A DNA stretch of 64,000 nucleotides from Zygnema circumcarinatum SAG 698-1b (lineage: Eukaryota > Plantae > Zygnematophyceae), in NCBI GenBank assembly GCA_037447605.1, contig CM074819.1, forward strand, positions 1,758,297-1,822,296, written 5' to 3'. The notes below the pieces were generated by a model, which was not told the DNA's origin, made no database searches, and saw only the letters and a list, made by a program, of their open reading frames with translations. The position numbers and the translations under genes were made by a program. This document shows positions 1-11,494 of this stretch, in pieces (positions within the stretch are counted from its first letter, which is position 1; each line of letters opens with the position of its first letter).

Positions 1-165
1 TACATGCTCAGAAAATTAAGTCTAGACCAAAGTCAACGTTCAACAACTCAAAACTCCAAGAAAGGCACTCTGTTCCAAAAAAGAGCTATACCAATAGCTG
101 TGAAAAAATCGCCAAAACAATGGAGAAAGCGAACTTCAGCGAGGGAGAGAGTAAGTGAGAGGGGC

Positions 166-295
<130 letters not shown>

Positions 296-498
296 CATCT
301 GGAGGCTTGCTGTCAGAGCATGGTCGATCGTTCAGAACCATAGAAAGATCGGATCAGCCAAGAAAAAAGGCAAAACTCACGCCTATCAGTTTAAGCATAC
401 GTGCAGACAATGTTTTAGGTGCAAATATTTTTTGTTGATGCGCAAGTCACTGAAGCTTGAGATCATATATGGAAGGAAAACAAGTGCAAAATATAAAA

Positions 499-800
499 CT
501 ACATCCCAAACACAAGCACCGAAAGAAGCAAGAAAAGGCTCGTGCCGACCAAAACGAAGCCTGTATACCATAAGTTGTGAAACATCATTTGGCTTTTGAC
601 AGCGCCGTTTCAAACACACACGTAAGCGAAAGAAAAAAATAATAATAATCAAGAGAAAAACACTATCCGTTACTCCTTGCATCTGTACCTGCATCTCGCA
701 TTGAAGCCATTGGAGGATAGAGGTTCATAAGCTTCTCCACAGCCGCTCGCACCTTTTCATCGTCAAGGCTCAAATTTGGCGCACTGTCCATCGCCGCAAA
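499..800 (-). CDS. Possible 3' end of an unidentified gene with a C-terminal hydrophobic tail
   Basis: Two candidate exons (800-689, 560-499) with GT-AG boundaries and matching phase give FAAMDSAPNLSLDDEKVRAAVEKLMNLYPPMASMRDA-GFVLVGTSLFLLLSVLVFGM*; no family recognised. Confidence 0.35.
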
Positions 801-1666
801 CTGACAAAGAGCCGCTCAAAGCTTGAACGAAACATTTTGAGAACCATGTTGCCGTTCACTGAGGCATCACCCTTGTGCAGAAAACCTGCAAACACAAGGA
901 CTTGCAAAAAGTAGCCGATGCAAGTTACAAGCTGCAACACTCTTCTCTCTCTCTCTCTCTCTCCCACTACTCTCTCTCTCCTGTCTTCTCTCTCTCTATC
1001 GGTCTCTCTCTCTCAAACACACACACACACAAAAATAGACTTCTCGAAGCTCTAAAAAGTTGGAGAGGGATTGGTACAAAAAATCCAGAAACTAATAAAG
1101 CACTGCTTGTCCTTGCAGGAAGCACCTTCTTTCCTCGGAAAAAGTATTTTCTTGCAAAAAGACTGACGCGGATTCTTACCAGGAGATTGCTCGCTCCACT
1201 CAAGAAAAGACCCTTCCAAGCAATAATTGACACATGCGTCATGATTTTAACATCCAAATAGTATGGAAAAGCTGTAAGAAATAAGAAATACTTTTCTTCA
1301 GCAAGACTGATGCACCCCTCTCTATGCCTGCAAGGAAAGGTCTAAAACAAACCTGGTCAAGCAAGTGAGCCTCGTTTGGTTGCTCTGCACTGCTTCCCTG
1401 TCCTCCTCCTACAGAAGTGAGCAGCAGCAGTACAAAACTGGCGTGCCGTCAGATTGCGCTCTTATTGTGCTTGTTTTACCTGCTCCGTTTGGTATCCTTG
1501 TTCCTTATCTCTTAAAATTTTGGTATGGTCTCCTGCTCCAGCTGCTGCAGGAGCAGGATCAGCGCTTAGACCTTACAATCAACAGGCCTTTCAAGGAAGT
1601 GAAATCATCTTCCGGCACTTGGATATGCATGCATGCATGCATGATCCTCAGCGTTTCAATGATCGC

Positions 1667-1716
<50 letters not shown>

Positions 1717-3296
1717 GGGAGAGAGAGGAGAGAGAAAGAAAAGATTAACGCTGAGGCCGGCGGCTTAAAAATCCCTTTTTCCAATTTTTCTTGGCGGCTG
1801 CCCGGATCATCTCCGCCAACCACCGTGTTCCATCGGCTGCCCAAATTTCCCGAAGCTTCGCAAAACCTTCGTGTACCGTACATGCTCGTACGAAAATTTA
1901 CGTCATCTCATTTCAAAGTACTGTAGTTGATGCATGCCTGACGTGTCACAAACCGCAATTTGTGGTTCCGCAATTTGTGGTTTCGCATTTGCCAGTTGGC
2001 CCCTGGTGGCGTTGGGCCAATCAGGAGCGGCGGCGCGGTTTGTTTCGTACAGCCCTCACGTTTGTCGGTGCAAACGTGATGAGCTCAGCATGACGCACGT
2101 AGTCGCTGTCCTCAGTCTCTGTGTCGTACAGTGGAACGCGAAAGCGTGGAACAGACACCGTGAAATTAGACAGGTTGAGAATAACTGGAATTCAGGAACA
2201 AGAGAGAGAGGGAGAGAAAGAAAGGGAGAGAGCGAAAGAGGGACTGAGAGAGTGGTAGAGAGAGTGAGAGAGAGACAGGGAGCGAAAGAGTGAGTGAGAA
2301 GCAGAGAGAAAGAGACAGGGACAGTTGGAGATAGAGACATAGAGAGAGAGGGAGGGGGTGGGGAAGGAGGGGTATAGAAAGAAGGGAGAGAGAGAGGCGG
2401 AGAGAGGCAGATAGAGAAAGAGAGAGAGAGAACTAAAGTAGAGGGATTAGAAGCGGAGGTCAGCTCGCAGCTCTGTCCTTTCGTCTTTAGGTCCTTTGAC
2501 CTCAGAACCGGTTCCTCGTGGTTCCCCGTGTTGTTGTTGTTGTTGTTCATGAATCTTTCATGGCATCGCAATGGTGGGTTCAATGTGCCAATTTAGTTCC
2601 TTTGTCGGCATGCATCGGCGACGTCCCAATTCCATTCCAATCCATGGTTGAAACAACAAGCCAAGTCTCGGACCAAATGAAATCGAGATTCATGATTCAT
2701 GAGATGTTGTTGAACACAACACAACACAATGCGTCATCGCGAACATGGACTCACTTTCGAACTTAAACTTCAAGAGCCTAAATGTAACCTTATGAGGCCA
2801 CAAATGGCCCATCTCTAACCAACCCATGGAGCACCTTCTCCGTACGGTCTATTTTCACTGACGGTAGCCGCTCACATCGACCAACCTTCGTGCCTACCTT
2901 CACTCCAAACCCTAATTTAAGGACTCAATTGCAAGTCCTGAAATGGTTTGGTTAGCTTTATTGCAACACTTTCGCCCTGAATTGTCACTGACATCGTGCA
3001 TTGAAAAAAATCTGTGCAGACCCATTTCTTTCCTTGACCTCCTAAAGGACCAAACCTCACTATACTTTGTCTCCCTCAATGAAGACAGTCAGGAAATCGT
3101 CATCCTCTCCCTCTCCCTCTCCCTCTCCCTCTCCCTCTCCCTCTCCTCTCCCTCCCTCTCCCTCCCTCTCCCTCTCCCTCTCCTCTCCCTCTCCCTCTCC
3201 TCTCCCTCTCCCTCTCCCTCTCCCTCTCCATCTCCCTCTCCCTCTCCCTCTCCCTCTCCCTCTCCCTCTCCCTCTCCCTCTCCCTCTCCCTCTCCA

Positions 3297-5591
3297 CTAA
3301 TGGGAGTACAATTGTGGGCTCCACTCTGAGAGAGCTCCCTCTACCGGCCTCGTACAGGGACACTCCAAAAGGGAGGGGTTCACAACAGAGCCTCCTCCCA
3401 AGGCGTCCATTGGAGACCCATGAAAGAGGGGGCCACAAACACCGTTTAGACACACATTGCTGGAAGAAAATGAAGCGACGATGCTTGCAAGCTCCGGCTC
3501 TAACTCTTCCTCTATAGAGGCAGGGGAGGTAGAGCCCATATCAACAGAGCATGCTGCAGGTAGAGGCCCCACATTGCTAATTCCTAGGGTTTGAGGAGGA
3601 GGTCTATGTAAAGAAGGCTGAGAGGGCCATGGCCCTCTCACAACTGAGCCTATATCATCGCTTCGATCCACTTCAAGAAAACGTAAACTGTCGGTTGCAG
3701 GGGCTAACAAAGGAAAGGAAGAGTTTTGTGGTAGCACTCCTGCAAAGATGCTTTGAAGATCGTCTTCATAGGAGATACTCGAGAAGGGAGAACCCGTTGC
3801 AAAGGTGCCATCACTTTCCTCAAATGAAAGAAGGGGTAAGAAAGTGGCACAGTTTTCATCACTAGCTAAGAATTCTGGGTCTTTGCAGATGCTCTGAACC
3901 GGCCTTTCTGGACGATTCTCTCCCACAGCTGCTGATGTCGATTCGTCGAAGACTGCGCTTGAAACTATCTGCTTCGCTCTCTTCATATTGCCCTCGTGTT
4001 CGAATGAAGCTCCATATTGTAATGCCGATAAGCCCCTTTTTAGCAAGTGGGGTTTAACCGATTGGGACTCTCCGCTAGAAGATGTCGTCTCTCCCGAAAT
4101 TCCATTACTTTGTGTCTCATGTTCCCCTGCTACTGTAAGGGCCCACCTGCAAATTCTTGGGCTTCGTTCTGCCCTCTTTCTGCTAGTTTCTGCTGCTTCC
4201 TCCACACTTCGCCCATCCACCAAATCTCCCCCATTTCCTCCTTTTTCGGCTTCTGCATTCATGATCTCTGCCGCAAGCGCGTCCTCCGTCAGACCGAAGG
4301 ACTCGATAATTTTGATTTCCGACTCCTGAATTAGTGAGAGGGAGGGAGGGAGTTAGATAGTTAGATGAAGAATTCGAAGAGGTTTGATCAAGGCTGGTGA
4401 AGGAGATGGGGGAGTGGGGTGGAGTGTGAGGGGAGGGAGTGGGAGTAGGCAGTGAGAGGGACGAGAGGAAAGGGAGAGTGAGAGTGAGAGTGAGGGTGGG
4501 GGTGGGAGGGAGGGAGTGAGAGTGAGGGTCGGGGTGAAAGGGAGGGAGTGGGAGGAGGGAGGAGAGATGGAGCCACAGGGAGTGGCAGAAAGGGGGAGGG
4601 AGAGGAGAGGAGAGCAACCAGAGATGTCCGAACCTGAGGAACCTGAAGAATGCTCATGAGAATCTGCGCATATCCTCGTTTCAAAGTGGTGTTCCAATAA
4701 TTCTGCATTACACGCACCAACCGTTTCTTTCAATGAGTGATCGACGAAAACAGTCAGAGGGAGAGACCCACCCCTTCCCCTTCCCCTTCCTCTCCCTTCC
4801 CTTTCCTCTTGCCTCTCTACCTCCCCCTCTCCTCGACCCTCCACCTAAACCCCCCCTCCCCTCTCGCCTCCCTGCCTCCCTGCCTCCCTGCCTCCCTACC
4901 TCCCCCTCTCCTCGACCCTCCGCCTAAACCCCCCCCCCTCCTTATAATAGGCAAAGGGCAGCCTGCGAACTGACCCTCACAGCGCAGTCGGTGCGGCCCT
5001 CGAGCTCCTTGGCAATGTTCGCCCAGCGCGGGCCGTACTTGGCGTATCCCAAAGCCAAGACGCGCCCCTCCTCCACTGTGAACGGTGCTTTCGCCACCTG
5101 CACTTTCCCATGCGTGGGTCAGGCCATGTCGTGGGCATCTTACCATGAAAAATCAGGCCTTGCATGAGCCGCCTTCTCAACGTGCTATGTCACTTCCCTA
5201 TGCCAATTCACATATACATGGTAGCCCCGTGCCACGCCATGACCATGCCCAAGCCCATGCCCATGCCCAAGCCCAAGCCCAAGCCCAAGCCCAGGCCCAT
5301 GCCCATGCCCCATCAAGATGAAGCCCACGCATGACCCATGCCCATGTGGCCCAAGCCCCAGCCCAAGGTGAAGCCCCGTGCGCGTACCCTCGGGTCGAGG
5401 TGGTTGAGCCAGCGCAGGCGGCAGCACTTGGCGTTGCGCCCCCGCGCCCGCAGCTCTGCGCTGTGCGCCGCGACCGCGTTCCAGTCCCGCGCGCCGCCGC
5501 CCGCCACCACTGCGCGCCGCAGCGCCGCGTCCTCCGCCGCACTCCACGGCCGCCGCATGCGCGTACGCCGCGCCGCGCCGCCGCCCTCCAT
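3297..5591 (-). CDS. R2R3-MYB transcription factor, 4 exons (5591-5388, 5097-4975, 4702-4643 or 4634, 4325-3297)
   Basis: R2 RRPWSAAED...WNAVA...KCCRLRWLNHLDP; R3 APFTVEE...YGPRWANIAKELEGRTDCAVR|NYWNTTLKR; all junctions GT-AG, phase 0; long Ser/acidic C-terminal exon. Confidence 0.88.
5240..5342 (-). repeat. (GGGCTT/GGGCAT)n hexamer array in MYB intron 1
   Basis: About 11 GGG tracts with 3-nt spacing on the sense strand. Confidence 0.85.
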
Positions 5592-5592
5592 C

Positions 5593-5703
<111 letters not shown>

Positions 5704-6541
5704 GCTCTCTCTCTCTCCCCCTCTCTCTCTCTCTCTCTCCCCCCCTCTCTCTCTCTCTCGCTCTCTCTCTCTTTCTCTCTCCCTCTCTCTCTCTCTCTCC
5801 CACTGACTTCCCTCACTCCCCAGCTCCCTCTCACCGTTGATTTTTCTCCTCTCCCCCCTCTCTTCTTCGTCCTCGTCTTCCTCACCGCCGCGCCTCTCTC
5901 ACCTCCCCTCCGCCCCCTCGCTGCTAATGCTCCCCCCACTGCACCTCGAGTCCACAGTCTCCCGAAAACATCACAGGTTGAGATATTCCGATCTTCTCCT
6001 CCACTTCCTTTCTCTTTGTTCACCTCAACCCTCTCTCTCTCTCTTTCTCCCTCTCTGCTACGACCTCTCTCTCGCTCTTCCCTCTCCCTCCCGCTCTCCC
6101 TCTATCGCCAACCGTGGCAAACTCACCCAACCTCCTCAAATGCAGAGCCCCCTACCTTAGTCCTCTCCCCCTCCCTCTCTCTCGCCCTCCCTTCTCTCTC
6201 CCTCTATCTCTCTCTCTCACTCCCTATCTCCCTCCCACTCCCTCACTCCCTCCGCCTCCCTCAAGCGCCGCCACCTCCCCGTCCGTACGCGCGTGCCATC
6301 GAGTTTTGTCAGAACTCCCGCCAGCTGTCCTACGCCTTTCACGGAAACCAATACGCCTGCGCCACGTGTTCCCCGATTCCTGCCTCGACAGCGCGCCCAG
6401 CCCTTGGCAGCCGCACGGGGCGGCCAGTCCGTACACGTGGCCGGACACTCGTACGAACACTCGTACGAACGAAGTGCACGTGGGCCATGGTCTCCTGCTT
6501 AAGCAGTAAGAACCGTACAAATTTTATCGTTAGGGAATCGG

Positions 6542-7125
6542 AATAGGGGGTCTCAGACTTAAACAAAACTTGGTAATCGTACAGCTTGGTAATTGGTAAT
6601 CGGGGATAGAGAAATTGGTAATAATGATTACTTTGCCGAACCTGTGCCGAACCAAATGCAAGTCAACGCTGGTAATCGTACAAGTCCGAAATTGGTCATG
6701 GGCGCCCCAGGACTTNNNNNNNNNNTTATCACCACCCAAAACGGTGGTTTTCGGTCTCCGCGAAAGGAAATGGTAATGAAACGGGCGTCACCATGACGTC
6801 CACACCCCGGCCTGACATCCCCCTCCCCGCCCGCCGCCACAGGGGTCCGGGTTTGCAATTCAAAATTGCGGCATCTGACGTCAGGTATCGGCGATCTACC
6901 CGCGCCGTTCGCAGCCTTTTTTTAAGTTTGAGACCCCCCCGCGCGGGCGAAGTTGGTCATCGCGCCTTTGGAAATTGGTCATACCGGCAAATGCGGAGTG
7001 GTGATAAAGTCACGTCGCGTCACGATCACGGTTACGTTCGGGGGACTGGTGAAGTTGACTCGAAAACTTGGTAATCGTACAGCTTGGTAATTGGTAATCG
7101 TTTTTTAAGTCTGAGACCCCCTATT
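6542..7125. mobile_element. MITE-like element with 22-bp terminal inverted repeats
   Basis: aatagggggtctcagacttaaa (6542-6563) and its exact reverse complement (7104-7125); TA next to both GGGGG/CCCCC ends; spans an N gap. Confidence 0.55.
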
Positions 7126-9353
7126 ATAGGGGACCGTGCCGCCGCGCCCGCGGAGATTTGCAGAGTTCATAGGCGTCATGATTGCGGATCATGGCGAGTC
7201 TCAACAAGACCCATCACAGCGTGCCACGTATGAGCAAGCGCCCACGTGGCATAACGTGACTGGAGGAATGTGGTCTATTTTTTTATATGTGGACCTTTGG
7301 GATTCTCTGGTTGGAGTAGCAACATGACACGCCCGGTGGTCCGAGGAGACGGAACGAACTGGACTGTATACGAAAATACATACGGCGCCAATGGGAGGAG
7401 CGACGATTGTCGGTGGTTTTTGTCTGGAGTCGAAATTTCTGGCACAAACGACACAGGGTGCAAGTGTCAGGCGTCAGATTGTGAGCGAATATTTTGTCGT
7501 TTGAATCATACAATTATTCGATTTGATATGTCACAAGCGACTATTGGCATCTCAAAATTTTCGGAGGACTCGAGTTCAAACGAAGTACTTCAATGATAAA
7601 CAAATATTCATACCGTAGGTACTGATTTTGGTTGCCGTTTATGAACGAGTCGGCTGCCCGGATTGGAAAAATTTCCACGTTTGATATTCCCGATTTGGGC
7701 GCGAAGGAGGCTGGAAGGTTCCGAGTCCCAAAGATTCGAATGATTACAAAAGATTTGTCCGACGCGGACAAATCTTTCCCGCAAAACGACGACGAGGTGG
7801 CGTCACTTGGGGATCTCAGCCGCCATGTTCGCGGTTGCAGCCGTCAAATCGGACCAAAATGTACGAACGATCTCGGAATCGCCGAAACGGTGACGACAGA
7901 AAGGGGACCCACTGCCCGCCGCCAACCTGCGGCAGTGGGGCCCGGCGGGCGCTACGTGGGGCCCTCCCAGTGGCTGGGAAGGGCCACGTAGGAAACGTAC
8001 GACGCTGCGGTCAAGGTCAACCGACAATTNNNNNNNNNNCACCAGAAACTTATCACCACCCAAAACGGTGGTTTTCGGTCTCCGCGAAAGGAAATGGTAA
8101 TGAAACGGGCGTCACCATGACGTCCACACCCCGGCCTGACATCCCCCTCCCCGCCCGCCGCCACAGGGGTCCGGGTTTGCAATTCAAAATTGCGGCATCT
8201 GACGTCAGGTATCGGCGATCTACCCGCGCCGTTCGCAGCCTTTTTTTAAGTTTGAGACCCCCCCGCGCGGGCGAAGTTGGTCATCGCGCCTTTGGAAATT
8301 GGTCATACCGGCAAATGCGGAGTGGTGATAAAGTCACGTCGCGTCACGATCACGGTTACGTTCGGGGGACTGGTGAAGTTGACTCGAAAACTTGGTAATC
8401 GTACAGCTTGGTAATTGGTAATCGTTTTTTAAGTCTGAGACCCCCTATTATAGGGGACCGTGCCGCCGCGCCCGCGGAGATTTGCAGAGTTCATAGGCGT
8501 CATGATTGCGGATCATGGCGAGTCTCAACAAGACCCATCACAGCGTGCCACGTATGAGCAAGCGCCCACGTGGCATAACGTGACTGGAGGAATGTGGTCT
8601 ATTTTTTTATATGTGGACCTTTGGGATTCTCTGGTTGGAGTAGCAACATGACACGCCCGGTGGTCCGAGGAGACGGAACGAACTGGACTGTATACGAAAA
8701 TACATACGGCGCCAATGGGAGGAGCGACGATTGTCGGTGGTTTTTGTCTGGAGTCGAAATTTCTGGCACAAACGACACAGGGTGCAAGTGTCAGGCGTCA
8801 GATTGTGAGCGAATATTTTGTCGTTTGAATCATACAATTATTCGATTTGATATGTCACAAGCGACTATTGGCATCTCAAAATTTTCGGAGGACTCGAGTT
8901 CAAACGAAGTACTTCAATGATAAACAAATATTCATACCGTAGGTACTGATTTTGGTTGCCGTTTATGAACGAGTCGGCTGCCCGGATTGGAAAAATTTCC
9001 ACGTTTGATATTCCCGATTTGGGCGCGAAGGAGGCTGGAAGGTTCCGAGTCCCAAAGATTCGAATGATTACAAAAGATTTGTCCGACGCGGACAAATCTT
9101 TCCCGCAAAACGACGACGAGGTGGCGTCACTTGGGGATCTCAGCCGCCATGTTCGCGGTTGCAGCCGTCAAATCGGACCAAAATGTACGAACGATCTCGG
9201 AATCGCCGAAACGGTGACGACAGAAAGGGGACCCACTGCCCGCCGCCAACCTGCGGCAGTGGGGCCCGGCGGGCGCTACGTGGGGCCCTCCCAGTGGCTG
9301 GGAAGGGCCACGTAGGAAACGTACGACGCTGCGGTCAAGGTCAACCGACAATT
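6726..9353. repeat. Apparently identical 1.3-kb direct duplication (6726-8029 and 8050-9353)
   Basis: Identical ORF translations offset by 1324 bp; first copy bounded by N gaps on both sides. Confidence 0.9.
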
Positions 9354-10655
9354 TCAGACTTTGTCGGCGCCAATTGCGCCATCGGGCTTGGTCGTTTTTG
9401 CGTTCACACTTGGGCACTGTCGCGGTCGACGTTGAAGGTCTTAACACTTCACAGATCGGACCATTAGACAAACCAGTCGACTGGTTGGCAACCAGTGGTT
9501 GCGGACCGAAACAACCATTCGACTGGTTGCCAACCAGTGCCGCCGGATCGAAACAACCATTCGACTGGTTTGGAACCAGTGGATGCCACTGGTTGGCAAC
9601 CAGTCGAATGGTTGCCAACCAGTGGCATCCACTGGTTGGAAACCAGTCGACTGGTTGCGAACCAGTGGCGCAGGACTGAAACAACCATTCGACTGGTTCG
9701 GAACCAGTGATCCAATGGTTGGCAACCATTGAATTTCTGAAATTAAAAAAATTTGCAAAAATGGGTCGTATGTGTTTTTTGGTGGGTTGCCAACCGTTGA
9801 CAACTAGTGTAACAAGCCTGATGCGTACAGATGCGTACGAATTCGTACAGCCGAGTTGTACAATTGTACGGAAATTCTGTACGGCAGAACCGTAATAGTT
9901 TTCTCCGAAACGCCGACGGCATTTTGGTAGCTGTAGCGTTCAGTTCGCTACAACTAGTGATTTAATGGTTGCCAACCATTTGATTTAATGGATATAACCA
10001 TTCGACTGGTTGCCAACCAGTGGTTGCGGACCGAAAAAACCATTCGACTGGTTGCCAACCAGTGGATGCCACTGGTTGGCAACCAGTCGACTGGTTGCCA
10101 ACCAGTAGACGTCCAACCATTGCCATCCAATGGTTGTCCAATGGTTGCCGATCCACTGGTCCGAACTGTGTAACACTTGCGAGAATCGTGAAAAAATTGT
10201 AAAAACGAATCGTCGTTGTGCTGTTCACAAGTGGCGATTTATTTTCGTGGTCGTTTTTAGGGTTTTTACATGCAGGCGATATGAAATTAATATAAACGTG
10301 TCCTACGTGGCACAATCCGGCACCGTCCAGCCATTGGGAGGGCCCCACGTGGTGCCCCGCCGGGCCCTCTGCCGCAGGTTGGCGGCGGGCGGTGGGTCCC
10401 ATTTCTGTCGTCACCGCTTCGGCGATTCCGAGATCGCTTGTAGTCATCCGTACAATTTGACGGCTACAATCTCAAACTTGGCGGCAAAGATCGCCAACTG
10501 ACGCATTTGTTCGTCGTTTTGCGGAAAAGATTTGTCCGCATCCGACGAATCTTTTGTCATCATTCGGATCTTTGGGGCTCGGAAACTTCGAGCCTCCTTC
10601 GTGCCCAAATCGGAATGTCAAACGCAGAATTTTTTCCAATCCGGGCAGCGACATC
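8970..10655. mobile_element. Foldback/long-TIR non-autonomous element (about 350-bp imperfect inverted arms)
   Basis: About 8975-9325 is the diverged reverse complement of about 10295-10650 (e.g. acgatctcggaatcgccgaa..ggggccctcccagtggctgg vs ccagccattgggagggcccc..ttcggcgattccgagatcg); no transposase; TSD not identified. Confidence 0.6.
9465..10160. repeat. Two palindromic minisatellite arrays (9465-9730, 9963-10160)
   Basis: Reiterated caaccagtcgactggttg, tggttg(g)caacca and ccagtggatgccactgg units. Confidence 0.9.
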
Positions 10656-11226
10656 GTCCTGACGTCATGTCACTTCCATCGACGTCATATCACCCACTGG
10701 CAACTTGTCCCTGCCATACCGTAAGTACCGTCCTGAATGACCGTACTGTTTAGGACGTCCGTACCGTTCAAACTCAAAGTTGGTACAGTCAACAGTCCTC
10801 ATATTTTCGCCATGGTTTTGGCAAATATGAGGCGAAAATATTGATTGCGTTGCCGTAGGCAAAAGCTTTGTCATCGTTTTCATCCGTACGATTATTCGAT
10901 TAAGGTGTCAAAGATGATTTTGATGAAAATGGGGTGTAATTTCCGCGAGTGTGACGTTGCCACGTCGCGCGTCCTGATTGGTGTGCTCTTCGTTGGATCG
11001 AATGCGGTTAAAATGGGGTATATCGCGTATTTATGTACTCATAATTACGTTTCGTTTCAACGGGCAGCGTTGAAACGAAACGTTATTCAGTTATGCTTTT
11101 ATCCAGTTAGAAATTGCCACGTTGGTATTGTGGTGTTTTTTTGGATCGTTTGTAGGATATGGGGTATGTTTTTTATCCAGTCGGGTGTTGCCACGTAGCC
11201 CTAAAATGGGAAAAAAAATCAAAAAA

Positions 11227-11290
11227 AAACCACACACAAACTTGACGACAGAATGATGTGTCATTCTGTCGTCAAGTTTGTGTGTGGTTT
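11227..11290. other. Perfect 30-bp-arm hairpin with 4-nt loop
   Basis: aaaccacacacaaacttgacgacagaatga-tgtg-tcattctgtcgtcaagtttgtgtgtggttt. Confidence 0.95.
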
Positions 11291-11494
11291 AAAAAAAAAT
11301 TTTTTTTTTTTTTTTTTTTTGGATTGTGGAACGGAATGTGGTATACGTGTTATCCAGTCAGAGATTGCGACGTGGGTGTTGTGTGTTTTCTTGATTTTTT
11401 GTAGGAAATGGGTCTTATTTTATTCAATCAAGTGTTGCCACGTTGCCAATAATTTTTTATGTTTATCGATGTTTTCAATTTCTATATTATCGTT

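Noticed and set aside
6726-9353. 1324-bp-offset tandem duplication as a biological event
   Set aside because: The copies look identical and the first is a stand-alone contig between two N gaps, so redundant scaffolding is the simpler explanation; spanning long reads would decide
9465-10160. CRISPR-like array of palindromic repeats
   Set aside because: No unique spacers, irregular unit length, eukaryotic context and no cas genes; it is a minisatellite
6793-10501. Short ORFs in the upstream repeat region (e.g. 7270-7596, 9127-9729, 9962-10447)
   Set aside because: No recognisable domains; they arise from MITE, foldback and minisatellite sequence
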